Both the position numbers and the translations under genes were made by a program. 64,000 nt of DNA from Moniliella sp. 'wahieum' (lineage: Eukaryota), in contig RSEE01000010.1 in the NCBI GenBank assembly GCA_003971905.1, positions 248,001 to 312,000 on the forward strand. Direction: 5' to 3'. Of the stretch, positions 27,581 through 40,795 are shown in pieces (positions within the stretch are counted from its first letter, which is position 1; the number at the start of each line of letters is the position of its first letter). Below the pieces are notes generated by a model. The model made no database searches, was not told the origin of the DNA, and saw only the letters and a program-made list of their open reading frames with translations.

Positions 27581-28550
27581 CCCATCTCACCCCGTCTCCC
27601 TCTCCCACCCCCACCCCCACCCCCACTCCGGACGATGGGACGGTGGTGAGCATGAGCGGCCAGCGCGTCTCCCCCCCGTCGAGCCGCCCCGCGGCCCTCC
27701 GCACCCGCGCCCACACCAGATCCAGCTGCCCCCTCCGCCCCCCTCGCCTTGGCTGTATCTGCGCCCCGCCTCCGCGGGCCAGCCACTGCCCCCATCCTCT
27801 CCCACCCGCTCCTGCCGCCTTCCACCTCCGGCTCCCCCGCTGTCTCCCGCACCCCATACCCCACCCGCAGCGTTCCCCCTCCTACACACGCATCAGTACT
27901 TCCGCCGCCGCCCAGCGCCGCTCCTACCCCAATCGTCCCCATGAGTCCGAGGTAGACTACTTTTCGCTTCCACAGTTGAGTCCTACCGTCTCCACTGGGC
28001 TGCAGCTCGGGCTCGGCCGCCCCATTCGACGCAGGCCCAAGCGGACTTGCGCTTTGTCCGGCCCTTCACCCTCAATTCCAACCAGCTCGGCCAATTGACC
28101 CAACGAGCGGCCTCGCGCAACCTCAGTCTCTCCACTTCGCTCTTCTCCCCTTCCCATCTCCCTGCTTCCCCCACATCACTCTGGCCCACCCCGGGCCGGA
28201 CAGCCACGCACCTGGTCTCAGTCCCTGTCGCCAGAAATGGACCGCTCGCGGCCTTCGTCCGCTCGCTCCTTGACCGCAAGGACCCCTAGTCGGAGTGCCC
28301 TCTCGTCCACGTCGGTCCCAGGACCATCCACAACCGGCGGGCCCCGGGGGACATCTTCTTCAGTTAATATTCCTCCTTCTTTCCCCCCTGCCGATACGGC
28401 ATCCCAGTCGTCCAAGCCACCACATAGCCCCTCCGATCCACGAGACCCCAATTACATCTCGGTCTCTTCCCCCCGCCCCTCGCTCGGATCCAGAGTTCGT
28501 CTCGGCGAGTAACCGAGGTTGGCACCAACCTTTCCACCTCTCCCGCTGGG

Positions 28551-29969
28551 GTGGTGCGAGATGGAGCTCTGACTTCTGCTGGAGAAGCGGCGGATACCCT
28601 CGGTGCCCCGCCCGCGTTCTTTCAAGATGCGCCAGGTCTGCATGGGCTCGGCGGCGGGACCCAATTTGGTGCAGCTGTACGCAAAAAAGTGGCTGACACA
28701 CTCGATTTGTTGATCCAAGGAGGTGCCCTGCCACCACGGGATCCAAGGCAGATCGTACAGGTGGCTGAGTATGGTGCGGTCAATGGAAGAGGCTATCCTT
28801 TGATTCAAGCCATCATCACCCGCCTGGCGGAAGCGATGGCAGAGCGCACACGCACTTCTTCCTCGTCCCCTGGTCGCCCACACGTTCCTGATGGTGATGG
28901 TGCCACTGAGTTTTGGGTGATGCACTGCGATGCTCCCGGAACCGACTTCCGCGGACTGATGGCCGCGCTGGAAACCGATCCCGACTCTTATTTAGCCCCT
29001 GGGTGGGCTGCGCGAACTCGTGGAGTCTCTTCTGATGGCGTTTACCACTCCTTTACCGACCGACCATTTGGAGCATGTGTAGCTCCCAGGTCAAGTATCG
29101 ACTTTGGTGTCTCCATCATGGACCTCCATTGGGGGCACAACCTCCATGGTCCACCCTCCGCCTCGGACCGAGCCAACACTGTCATTGCTGATACAGAGCT
29201 CACCCAGTTCCTTCGGGCCCGGGCGACCGAGTTGAGGCCTGGGGCTCATTTGGTGGTCGCCTACATTGCCCGGGGCGAAACTCCTTCGCGTCCAACGTCC
29301 GTCTCCAGGCGGCGGCATACCGACACCCCAGGTCCAGACCACCTTGATCGCTCAGGATCAACGTCGGATGTATGGGCCGTGCTGGGCGAACTGCTGGGCC
29401 CGAGCATTCAGCGGCTCGTGTCGTGCGGTATGCTCCAAGCTGATGTGGCACGCTATATGCTCACCCTTCCGCTGTATCCCCGTACCACAGCTCAGTCGGT
29501 TGCCACGCTGCGGGCTCAGAAGGACTTGTGGAAGGTTGATTGGGCTTGTGGGTTGGGCGACTACCCCAATGAGTCGGTCCCCTGCTCCAACTCCATCGAT
29601 ACCCCTGCCCCAGAGTCCTCTGTACCCACGTGTGATCCCTCGGCATGCGACTCGGCCCCGTTCGTCCAACCGCCTCGCCCCGTAAGCGATCCAGAACCGT
29701 TGCGCCTGCCCCACCCAGCGTGGGTCTCCTATAACGCGGGTGCACTATCGCGGGTGGCGTATTCGGAGCATGTCATTGCCCTGATCAAAAACCTTTACGA
29801 GGCGCATTGGCGCAAACTGCTCTCGTCGCGTGGACGCCTGAGCAAGGGCGCAGTGGCCTTCACCCTCGATTCGATTTATGATGTTCTGCAAACCCGCCTC
29901 GACTCGCCCGATGTACCGCTGCACCGAATCGAGTTTGAGATCTGCATCTACCTCCTCCGACGCAGGTGA
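28551..29969 (+). CDS. SAM-dependent carboxyl methyltransferase (SABATH/Methyltransf_7)-like protein; a low-complexity N-terminal extension probably starts near 27652
   Basis: 472-aa ORF with QVAEYGA.NG (degenerate IADxGxxxG), MHCDAPGTDF (like DLPxNDF), SIDFGVS.MDLHW (like SxxxLHW) and FLRARATELRPGAHLV (like FLxxRaxELxpGG). Confidence 0.65.
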   Translation: MVRDGALTSAGEAADTLGAPPAFFQDAPGLHGLGGGTQFGAAVRKKVADTLDLLIQGGALPPRDPRQIVQVAEYGAVNGRGYPLIQAIITRLAEAMAERTRTSSSSPGRPHVPDGDGATEFWVMHCDAPGTDFRGLMAALETDPDSYLAPGWAARTRGVSSDGVYHSFTDRPFGACVAPRSSIDFGVSIMDLHWGHNLHGPPSASDRANTVIADTELTQFLRARATELRPGAHLVVAYIARGETPSRPTSVSRRRHTDTPGPDHLDRSGSTSDVWAVLGELLGPSIQRLVSCGMLQADVARYMLTLPLYPRTTAQSVATLRAQKDLWKVDWACGLGDYPNESVPCSNSIDTPAPESSVPTCDPSACDSAPFVQPPRPVSDPEPLRLPHPAWVSYNAGALSRVAYSEHVIALIKNLYEAHWRKLLSSRGRLSKGAVAFTLDSIYDVLQTRLDSPDVPLHRIEFEICIYLLRRR

Positions 29970-31176
29970 GGGCGGCGCCGATCTAGCATCCCTGCGCTGA
30001 TCTACCTTTCTTTTCGGCTGGTGCTGGCCGCTCGCCTCTGCCTGCGTACACTTGACCCTTCACGCCTCCATTCCTTTTTTTACTACGACTCTGCCTCCTT
30101 TGTGGGCTTGGCCTCGCCGTTGTCTCTTACTGGGGAGACTGCACTTTGTCACCGATCCTTCCGGTTTTGATTTCCCCTTGTCATGACTTTTCGCAGCGCA
30201 TCTGTGTTTCCTTGCGCCCAATCACTTTCCGCTCACTTGCCCGTCTCTTTTTGTCCTGCTTCCCCCTCTCTCCTCTCTGGTCTTACTAGGTTACTCCCCA
30301 CCCTTTTTCTCCTCCCTTCCATCGCCACCCAGCGCGACGCTGTCCTCTTGTCCTCTTTTTGGCTCTCTTGTTCTTGGTCACACTCTCTTGCCGATATGGG
30401 CCTCTCACTTCGACTTCTTCTCAGCTTGCTGTCTCTGGTACCTGTTGGTCATTGTTATGGATGTCTTGCTACTGCCAGCAGGGATCGATTGGCACAGCAC
30501 ATAATGCACCGGCGACGGCGAAGCGCAACTGATATGCGGCTGTAGGAGTTTCGCCCTGACACGCCTCCCCCTCCACCTTCTGGGGCTGGCCGTCAATGGC
30601 ATGATGGCGGGGGGTCTCGCGCGGGTCAAGGATGCAGATGGGAAAGGTGACGAGATATTCCTGCATTGAGAAGTGATGGGTTTGGCATCGCCTTTCCGGG
30701 CGAGTGCAAGCCGTAGGAGCAGCCTCAAGAAATGGCAACACGCCGGCGGTGGTACTGAGTATTAGATGGATGCGATGGGGGATGGTCCGAGCGTCAAGCA
30801 GATTTGGGGCAAAAGCAATAAGGTAGTGTCGAATTGGGAAAACCAGCATTTTCACAATTGCACGCATCCAATTTGATCGATTCGAAGCAAGGGATAATAT
30901 GGTCTACTTGGCTGCTCCTGCTGTTCCCTCGGCCACCTGACCGGCCGAGTTGTTGACACCATCAACGAACCATCAGACCAAGCTAGCCCCGGTGCGGCTG
31001 CATCGCTTTTGCCATGCCGCTCCTCCCCGCCTCTTCGTTTGCCGCGCCCCCCTTCTCCTTCTCTCCCGCCCCCGCCGCCACATCTCACCCGCCTCCTGCG
31101 ATCTTCCCGACGCCTAAGCTGCCACTGGCAACGTCAACTTCTCCCACCCTTGCCCAAGAGCAAGCATGTTTAGGTC

Positions 31177-34100
31177 ATGGCGATGACGACCTTGCTCGGG
31201 TCGAGCAACGCGAGCATCACGTCATCTCCCATTTGCACGCTGGATCCTACCCCGCCCTTCTCCCCAACGTCAGCGTCGTGCCGTGGGCTGGCCCCGTCTT
31301 CATGCGTGTCATCAACTCCCACCGGCTCGTCCGCGGGCATGTCAGAGACGATACTCGATCGGATGCACGCTCTCCGCCTAGCACCTGAAAGTCCGGGCTA
31401 CCCGTTATCTGATATGACCGAACCCGGTCTCTACGATTTGGCTCCGGATTGGTGCGCGGATGCCGCCCGCAGGGAACGATGGCAGCACTCGTCTGTTTCG
31501 ACCCCGCTTCCCCCCTCAGTAGCGACCCAGACGCCTCTAGCTCATGAGGCAGCCCCTGTGCTTACGAACCGGATCCCTCGGTTGGGCTCGAATGGTGCAA
31601 TTGCCAGTAGGAGAGCAACCGAGGATGCATCCTCTCCGCCAACGCCTCACTCTGTTGAGCATGGACGGTGGAACTCCTCTGCCAAAACAAAGATCAATGT
31701 GCTCTGGCAGGATGCAACACTACCATGTCTTTATCGGGATGGGGATCGATGGTCAAACCATGCGGCCTTTTCGTGTCGGAAACCAGCGCTGGTGGAACGG
31801 GAGCCACCGCCATACCAAAATGCTGGTGGGGTTGTTTCTCGGGCCAGTAACTGCTTTCGTCCAGTAAAGTTGTGGCAAGATCTTTGCCCCTGTGTTGAAC
31901 CGGCGACGAAGGGTGTGGGTCGCCTGTTGGATCCGACCCCATTTTCCTTCTCTTCGGCACCTTCATCTTGCCGATCCGAAACGCGCCCCCTTCCTGGCGC
32001 CAAATTCATCTCGCCCATCAAAGCACTAACCGCCTATCTCCACCACACGTACCACCTTGTCAACCCGGACGGGTTTTTATATGATCTTCCTTTTCAACCG
32101 CGAAATGTCTTGACCCGGTCTTCTACCCCACGACATAATCGTTCTCGGGACAACGGAACACATGACCTCATCCTTTGGACACATGGGTGCATCCCAGCCC
32201 ATGCTTTGGCCCCTGACACGAGGCCATGCGCAATGTACGATAAGATCGGCTTGGCGGCTATGGTGGAGCAAGATCGGGAAACGCCTGATGGTTTGGATAA
32301 GTTGGAGCCTGGTCCACGACCCAAGTACCTCATTCTGTCCATGCTTGGTGCCGGAACATTTGGACAGGTGTGTGAAAGCCCAAGAAGTTCACACCAAGGC
32401 CGTTGTAGCCGTCAAAGTGATCAAGAACCGATCTGCATATCGGTCTCAGTCGGCCCAAGAAGCCCGCCTGCTTTGGTATTTGAATCAAGTATGGGACCCC
32501 GACGACCAGCATCACATCCTTCGCCTTGCTGCTCCGTTCCCGGAGCACCAGTCCACCGGCTTCACATCCGCAGGGCACTTGTGTATCGCCACAGAGCTCC
32601 TCTCGGTCAACCTATATGACCTTCTAAAGCAAAACCATTTCAAGGGACTCTCTATCGGCTTGACGCGGGCTCTTGTCATTCAGCTTCTAGATGCTCTCAG
32701 TATGCTGAAAAGAACTGGCATCATCCATTGTGACCTCAAGCCAGAAAATATCCTGCTCGCCTCGCTGCAGCCGACCAAGATCAAACTGGTTGACTTTGGC
32801 TCGGCGTGCTTCGAGGACCAATGCGGGTACAACTATATCCAATCGCGCCACTACCGTGCTCCCGAAGTCTTACTCTGTGCAAGTTATGGCGCAGAGATTG
32901 ACATGTGGAGTGCTGGATGTGTGGTGGCAGAGCTATTTCTCGGCTTGCCGCTCTTTCCCGGCTCGTCGGAATTCAACCAGGTGACGCGCATTGTCGAAAT
33001 GCTGGGCATGCCTCCGGATGGGATGCTGCAACGCGGGCAAGAGACAGGCAAGTACTTTACATCCTCCCTTGACCCTCGTCGGGGGCAAGTACGATTCCAG
33101 CTCAAAACACTCGCAGAGTGGATCTATCAGCACCCCAACCAACAACCACCTGAACAACCAAGTCATCGCTACTTTGATTCTACCGACCTGGACGACCTCA
33201 TTCGTAACCAGCCTCTCCAGTCTCTTCCTGGCGGATCGGTAGACATGGAACAAGGTGTGTTGACCCATTTGTCTCCCATCTCCGCTTGGTTCCCATTGGA
33301 CTGACTGATGCGTTTTGGATAGAATTCCTAGAGCGAGCCTGCTTGAGCGACTTTTTGAGGGGCCTCTTGACGCTGGACCCGGACCATCGATGGGTCCCAG
33401 CCCAAGCACTACAGCACCCATTTATCACCAGGTCCCGTTTCACCATCCCATTCACCCCCCCTCTACCAGCCACAACTCCGCTATATTCTCTCGCCCGCGC
33501 TTCCCAGAGTGTTGATTCGGGACCGACCTGGTCCCGATCTGAGGTCGCCTGCTCGTCGGTCTCTCCTACGGAATCTCCCTCGGAGAGAGCAGGCGAACAG
33601 GTGGCCGTCCGAGAGTCCTCACCCATCGGCCCGAACCAATCGGCTGCTCACGAGCTCCCTATGCACGCAGATGTCCAAGCCGTGGTAGCCCATGCTGCGG
33701 CCGAGGCTCACCGGCAAGCGGCGGTGGAGGAACAAGTGCAGTACCAAATTCAGCTAATGGAGTCCCAGGCGCATGAACGACACCCCGCCTCTTCGGTGAT
33801 CAACACGAGCGTGGTACCAAGCTACCCATTGGTAAGCGGAGAGGTCTGTCACTTTACTACACCTCTGCCCCTCCCCACCATGGCGTGGGCAGCCTTGCCA
33901 TTGGACAATGGCCCGGATCGCAATCCCATTGGGTGGACGCCGGATACGGTTCCAGCCGAATTGAACTCGTTGCTGCATGAAGCCCAACAACCTTTCTGCT
34001 CTCCTCCCATTTCTCCTTCGCCATCCACCACGGCCTACGCTAACGCTCTACGTGGGGAGGAGCTGCCGTCCTATTGGGACGGCTCCTCCTCTGGCTACGG

Positions 34101-34209
34101 TTCCCTTTCCGAATGGCGTTCGGACGAGGATGATGCGACGCAGGAGCTGGGGGAAGGACGCACATTCTCATTTGATCCAGGCGGGGAGCATTTTCACCTT
34201 GCCTTGTAG
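31177..34209 (+). CDS. DYRK-family (Yak1-like) dual-specificity protein kinase
   Basis: LGAGTFGQV, VAVKVIKN, IIHCDLKPENILL, DFGSAC, YNYIQSRHYRAPEV, PLFPGSSEFNQV.RIVEMLG. The upstream ALTAYLHHTY..NP..F.YD..RNVLTR segment resembles the Yak1 N-terminal region. Frameshift near 32370; probable intron at about 33255-33330. Confidence 0.88.
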
Positions 34210-35611
34210 GCGTCAGCGCAATTGGGGGATACGAAAGAATATACGTAGTCCCCTCCCACTCCGCCCGTCCCCTATCCGACCATGATGCTACTATTTTCCT
34301 CTTATTGTTCACGAGAAGAGTCAGGCAACAGAAGGCGCGTTGGACCACCGAGCGGTGGATGGAGGGGGGGATAGGGATCCCTGGTCCGCTTCAGATGCTG
34401 TCGCTGTTCGCGATGCGTACCCTTCCTTTTTTGACGGACGAGAAGAAACCTATAACTCTTCCGTGTTTTGCTTGATACCCCCAAGGTCTCCCTAATTCTT
34501 CTCGGTTCCTGTCTGTATTGAAGGCGTTCATGTGTTTGCTACCAACATGCGTTGGCCTGTCGATCTGTACCTCGTTCTCTTGCTCGTATATGCTCTGTGC
34601 AATGCATGCCAATCTGTTACATGTGTTCCGTTCATTTTCCCTACACGAACGCAGTGAAACGGAAATGCTGACCTCATGTCATGGAGGTGGCATGTATGTC
34701 CTACCATAAAGCCCGCCGTGATCTCATCCTATCCACTCGGGCTGAGTTCAACTTGGAAACGAATGGCGCCAGCCAGAGGTCCTGTGGCCGCCGAGGGCAA
34801 ACTACTATATATATCTCCTGGGGATCCACGCACGTTCAGTCCATATTCATATTGGACGTAACAACAGTTCTCATCATGCAACGAACATGCGGAGGGCTGT
34901 ACGCGCATGTGGGGCCACGTGCGTTGTGTGAGCCACAGTCGCCTGCGCGTTGTATCGTAGTCATCGGGAAAGTACTACGACACTAACGAACGGGGAGACT
35001 TATCGCGACAGTGCCTTTATTCTTATTTCGGTTTGTCGAGGCTAAGTGAAAAGGAAGCGACGAGGAACTTCCAACGTACTTTTGCTGAGAGTTTCTTTGC
35101 ATGACTATATCATTATTTTTACTACAGACGAGAATTCCACAAGGGGCGGTAACAATGGGCTTGGACGACCCGAGGCCGAGCGCAATCATTAATCGAGAGG
35201 AAAATGTAGCCTCCACTGTGGATGTCTGCCCTCTCTGCTGACCTATTACTCTCTGTTTTTTTCACTGCATTTTGTACCCCCCCTGCCCGCGACAACACTA
35301 GCCAGTCCCCATCATTCAATGGTCCACGTGCACGTAACCTTTTGATTACTTCCTTTCATTGCATCAGGGGAAGAGGGAAGGAGAGGGGGAAGGTGATAAG
35401 CGGCCAAGGTGGGTAGATACATCATGATTTCAAACCCCCTTGTACACGTTACCTCCATAGCAGTGTCCCTTCATACCAATTCTCACGGGCACGAACGATG
35501 CAAAAGACGCTGGTGGGAGGTCCTGGGCTTGAAGTACACGAGTCGGATGCCTAGCCTTGAGCTCTCAGGGGGATGTGGTAGACGAAGAAGGAAGTGCGAT
35601 GAGGGTGGCGG

Positions 35612-36703
35612 TCAAGATTCCTTGCTCGGGGGTGGCGGCGTAGCATGACTTGGGGCCCCGTTCGGCGTGGCTCCCTGTGCGGAGGTGGATGTGCGGCGGA
35701 TGTGTTCCTCTTGCCGCTCCGAAGCGGCCTGACGTGCATGAGCAATGATTTCCTTCCCCTTTTCCGTCTGCCAAGGGCCCGCATTGGACAGGGAGCACCC
35801 CCCTGGGCAGAAGCATGTACCACCCAAGGCTGCCGGCAAGTTCTCTGGTGGAATTTGCTTGCGCAGCACTTCCTCGTACCCGCTTCCGAGAATGTTAATC
35901 TTGTCCACGGTGACTGGGTCGAGCCACCCCTTGACAACCGACCATACCGTGGTAAAGATGTAGGGAGCGTTGACAATGTAGAACTTGCCCATTGTCTCGG
36001 GGTAGTAGCTTTGGCCAATTTTACTGGCCTGCTGCACATATCCCGACACTTTCCAAAACTGGGACACGCCCACATTCTTCAAGTCCATAATTGTGCAGCT
36101 CGTCTCGATCAGCTCCCCGGTCTCGGCCGAGCACACTGGCAAACGCTCCAGTCGCATCCGCTCGTACTCAACCACCAAGCGCTGCAATTGCCGTTCTGGC
36201 GTTGTCACCTCATACAGTGCCTTGAGATCCAACTTGCCCAGTTGCTCCACGTAGATCGGACGGCCATCCTTATCGGTCTTGTGGTAGTACTGGGGGTAGT
36301 ACTTGTCCACCTCTTTGGCCTCAGGGTAATCAAAGCTCTTGTACAGCTCGTCCACACCAAACGTCCTTCTCCATTCCTCAGCCTCGACAATCATAGCCAG
36401 CGCCGCGTCCAGGTCCCACTTGCGCGCACGAAGAAATCGGCACACTGGTGTTCATACAGTGTTCATACGCACGTCAGCTTCCCCACGCTTCCCCACCCTC
36501 TCCACCCAGGTCGTCAGCGCACCACTCACAGTAGGCATCGTCCATCCGTTCCGGCACATACAGACCGCGTGCTTCAATCTCGCTGCGGAACTTGGTGAGC
36601 AGGTGTTGCTCGCCGGGGGTCAGCTTGCCTGGCCGACCGGTCTGTGGGGCGGCGGGCGGGTAGGCAGGACGGGGGTGGCAGAGCGAGACCACGATCCCCA
36701 CAT
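35612..36703 (-). CDS. SEC14: Sec14 phosphatidylinositol/phosphatidylcholine transfer protein (CRAL-TRIO)
   Basis: RMDDAYL|CRFLRARKWD across intron 36445-36529; YPQYYHKTDKDGRPIYVEQLG, CTIMDLKNVG, YYPETMGKFYIVNAP, CPGGCSLSNAGPW. Confidence 0.93.
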
Positions 36704-38425
36704 CGTCAGACAGACAGGATCCAGCGGATGTGGCGAGGCGAGGAGCAAGCGCGGCGACGGGGGGGAGCGCTCGTCTGCCAGCCGCGCAGAAGAGCAGATG
36801 GGGCTGCGAACGGCGGACGCTGCCCCGGCCTCTCTCGACACCGACGTGGTCCCCCTGTCGCTGACGTAATCCCGCACCTCTCCGACCCCAAACCCTAGAC
36901 ACACGACCCGGCAACTAGCGCCCATCGATACGCATGCTGTACGAGTGGGCGGCGGCGACTGCCTGCTGCTGGCGGCGTGCTGCTGCTGCTAACCGGCAGG
37001 TTATGAATACAAGCCACTGGCATGGGACAGACCAGGCCACCCACCACCACCAGCCGTCCGCCTGGCCACCCAGTGTGAGTGGCCAGAGTGAGTGGTATGG
37101 GTGCGGGCAGGGTGGCGGCCCCTGGCAGCGCCGTGGATACGCGGATACGGGGGATTCGTGATCATCGATTTTAATGACGCTCGTCTTGCCGGCTGGCCAA
37201 GATGAGCCAAACGAGCACTGAGAGCACTGAGATACGAGAGACGGCTGTGGCCTGGGGTGACCGGCCGGTGGCTGGACCATGACTCGGGGCGATTGCTCCA
37301 CCCCAAGACTGTGGTTACGCGGTTACGCGTTACGCGCGTTACGAGAGTCTGCTGCGTCTGCCGGGCCAGGCTGCGCAGTCGCGAGGGGGCTATTGCACCG
37401 GTGCGGCGATCGGTGGTGGATGCAAGTGAGTTGGACGTCAGTGAGTCTGCGTGATGCTGCGAAGCATGGTGTCTGGTGTCTGGTGTCTGCCACCCGGCAG
37501 GAAGCGCTGGTGGGTGCTGAGCGGTGGAGCAAACTTTCAGGCGGCAAGGCAGGCGCTGTGCCTGTGCTGCAAGTGTGTGCTTGGCACATGGACGCACGAG
37601 TGGGGAGGGTAGCAGGCGGAGGAGGAGCGTGCAAGCGCTGATGGCCAGTGGCGGTGCGCCTGGCCCAGCGCAGGCCCACCAGTGCCCGCCCACCGCCCCG
37701 CACCCGCCCCAGCCGCAGACGGTCCAACAAAGCGCAGCGCCAGCCTCGGGTCTCGCCGCGGGCGGAAAAAAAACAGGATTTCCGCCCCACGACCACGTCA
37801 GCACATTCACGCCGCACACTGGCCCCCTGCTCGGCCATGCATCGGGGCAGTGTGAAGACGCAGGCCGCCGGCGGGCTGGTGGAGGCGCACGGGGGCAGTG
37901 TGCTGTGCGCTGCTCGGGGCCGGGACGCGCGCGGGCAGCGGATGCAGGGCCGGGGCGAGGCCGGCACTGGCGCTGGCTCTACGCCTCCATCTCCGCTGTG
38001 GCTGCTGAAAGTGCGCTGCTGCCTGCCGCTGTCGCCCACCGCCTAGCTTGCGCTGCTGCCTTCCGTCCGGCCACCACACCAGAGGACACGTCGCCTGCCC
38101 CGTGCTGCCCTCCGCCCTCCGCACCACCCCCGCGCCGCCGCCTCCGCCTCGCACCACCCGCGTCTGCCGAGCCCCTGCGTGAGTACTGCCCTCCTTGCCG
38201 CGCCCTGGGTCTGCCCTGGCCCTGACGCACCTGCCTCTGGCCCCGCGCAGGCCCCCGTGCAGGCCCCCGTGCAGCACGCGCAGGCCTACGCTCACGCCTC
38301 GCCTGCGCGCGTCCGCGTCACCGCCACCGCCACCACCACCGCTGCTGCCTCTGTACTGACCATCATGCTCCCTCCCCAGCCCAGACCCTCTGCCCATCCC
38401 CGCCAGCCCCATCCCCACCCTCACC

Positions 38426-39709
38426 ATGGACGACGGATCGCAAAGCTACCCCTTCAACTATGACCAGCAGAGCTACAACTATGCCAACATGCCCCCTGGC
38501 TACCAGCACATGTACTACCAGCAGATGTACGGCAACTTCAACATGGTCACCCCCTCCATGATGGCTGCTGGTGGCGGTGCCAGCCAGGCTGCACCCCAGG
38601 CCCCGCCCAACGCCGCCGTGCCTGGCTCTGTTGCTTCCTCGGCTACTGCGTCCGACCCTGCTGCTGCCGCTGCCGCTGCGGCCGCCCAGCACTACATGCC
38701 TTACGGCCACCCACAGTACTTTGCCGGCATGATGCCCCCCGGTATGTCGCCCTACGACACGGGCGCCGCCTCGGCCGCTGCCGTTGGTTCAAAGCATCCC
38801 AAGATCAAGGACGCCATGGGCGGCCTGGATGAACGCAAGTTCAAGAAGAAGGAGATCCCTGTCGTCAAGAAGCCTGCCCGGCCGCACGTGCGGCCGCCTA
38901 AACAAGCTCCCTCGGCCTGGCAAATCTATTTCAACGAGTTTTTGGCCGACATGCGCGCTAAAAATCCGTCGGAGCGTCTGAACGTGTCCCATGTGGCCCG
39001 TGGTGCTGGCGAGCGGTACAATGCGTTGCCCGAGGAGGAGAAACGTCGGTATTACGAGGAGTCTCTCCGTCGCAAGGCACAGTGGGAGGCCGACGTCCAA
39101 GCTTGGCTTGAAAAGCTGTCTCCTGAAGACATCAAACTGGAGAACGCGTACCGTACTCAGCAGCGCAAGTCGGGCAAGTCGCGCAAGTCCAATCTGAAGG
39201 ATCCTCACGCTCCCAAGAAGCCCCTGTCTGCTTACTTTTTGTTCCTGCGCTCTATCCGCGCTTCGCCTGAGATGACCAAGGAGGTCTTCAATTCGGAGAA
39301 CGAAACCACCAAACAGAGCGTTCTGGCGGCCACCAAGTGGCGCGAGCTCGACGAGGAACGTAAGCAACCGTATCTCCTCAAGGCTGAACAGGACAAGCAG
39401 CGGTACGAAGAGGCGCGCAAGATGTACGACTCGGCCACGTCGGTTCCTGGTGTGGATGCGTTGGTTGCCCATGAACAGGCTCAGCAGGCTGGCAAAGCAG
39501 CTGCGAAAAAATTTGCCGAGACGAACCCCCAGGTGCAAGAGATCATTGCGCAGGGGCGTGTTCCTCCTGCGCTCACGTTTGATGTGGATGAAGAAGATGC
39601 CCAGATGGCGGCTCAGGCGGCTACCCACAAGGACCATGGCCGTCACGGTCGCAAGTTGGCAAGCACCAAACTTAGCGAACTGCTTAGCGAAGCTTCCGAA
39701 TCGAAGTAG
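38426..39709 (+). CDS. Tandem HMG-box DNA-binding protein (Ixr1/Abf2-like architecture)
   Basis: Intact 427-aa ORF with PKQAPSAWQIYF and KDPHAPKKPLSAYFLF HMG boxes and a Q/Y/A-rich N-terminus. Confidence 0.9.
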   Translation: MDDGSQSYPFNYDQQSYNYANMPPGYQHMYYQQMYGNFNMVTPSMMAAGGGASQAAPQAPPNAAVPGSVASSATASDPAAAAAAAAAQHYMPYGHPQYFAGMMPPGMSPYDTGAASAAAVGSKHPKIKDAMGGLDERKFKKKEIPVVKKPARPHVRPPKQAPSAWQIYFNEFLADMRAKNPSERLNVSHVARGAGERYNALPEEEKRRYYEESLRRKAQWEADVQAWLEKLSPEDIKLENAYRTQQRKSGKSRKSNLKDPHAPKKPLSAYFLFLRSIRASPEMTKEVFNSENETTKQSVLAATKWRELDEERKQPYLLKAEQDKQRYEEARKMYDSATSVPGVDALVAHEQAQQAGKAAAKKFAETNPQVQEIIAQGRVPPALTFDVDEEDAQMAAQAATHKDHGRHGRKLASTKLSELLSEASESK

Positions 39710-40429
39710 ACGTTGCCTTGCTCGTCGCTGCGTCCATGTCTCTTCTCTGTTCTGGTGTACTATTTCCTGCTGCATGATCTTGCACCCCTTGAGGAGGGGG
39801 CACACTTATAATTCTTTCTCCTTTTTTTTCTCTCTGCCCCCTTTGCCTCTACTTGCTTCCTATGGCCCCACCAGTTGTGGCTGTGGATTGCAATAGGTAT
39901 GTTGTTTGTACATTGGCTCTCGGAACTTGGCTGCCATGCACTATATGATTCCAGTTCTATACTGAACTATGCTATAGGTGTGGGCTTGGTGACTTTAGAT
40001 TTAGACCATTTCTGTCTTGGCCCAGACGTTCGTAGCCATTCATATTCGGATTAGCATCGTGCATCACCGGTCACCGGTCAAAATGCGTCATGTTTTGAAG
40101 GCTTGTACTTCTACAAACCCCACACCAAGAGGGACGAATCTTGTCTTCTCTCGAATGATGCAGATGATTGATGCCGGCCTGGCTACTACCACTGGCTGGA
40201 TGTGAGCACTCAGACGAGTACTGGACGACGTCTTGGACCTAAGAAGCTTCTGCAACTGAAGCATACGGAAGACTGGTGCGAGCTCTCGGAAGGAAGGCCT
40301 GACCCGCGTGACTCGGGGTCAGTGCGGCGGACCTTGGGCGCATGCCAACACACTCGGCCATGACATTTTGAGATGGGATGCAAAACAGACCGAAGAGAGC
40401 AGGATCTCTACGGAGGCTTGAGGCCAAAA

Positions 40430-40515
40430 AGGACACAGCCGGGATCGAACCGACGACCTGCGGCACTTTCAAACTGACGTCGAAAACCGCCACTCTTCCA
40501 CTAAGCTATGTGTCC
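40430..40515 (-). tRNA. tRNA-Arg(TCG) with 14-nt intron
   Basis: Reverse complement folds: acceptor GGACACA/TGTGTCC, D loop AGTGGAA (A20), anticodon stem GCGGT/GCCGC, loop TT-TCG-A[intron]T, T arm GTCGG-TTCGATC-CCGGC, then an oligo-T terminator. Confidence 0.92.
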
Positions 40516-40795
40516 TTGGTGGAGCCTGACGAGCTCGCAGAATTTATATACACCCTACTGGAGAATGTCGAGAAGAAGTGACTGATCGTGTTGTTGGGCG
40601 TTTGGCAGACCTACTTTGGAAAGGTAAACTGACAGTAAATGCAGGCCTCCCCCGAGGAGGGTGGTGGGTAGGTGAAACAAGACTGCAGGATCAAGAAGTT
40701 GACAAGATGGTGAAAAGCGCATCCTAATGAAATGCAGATCATTGCCGAAACCAAGCGTGGTCCGAGAGTGTGAGGGAGAGCACGCAAGAATGAGT

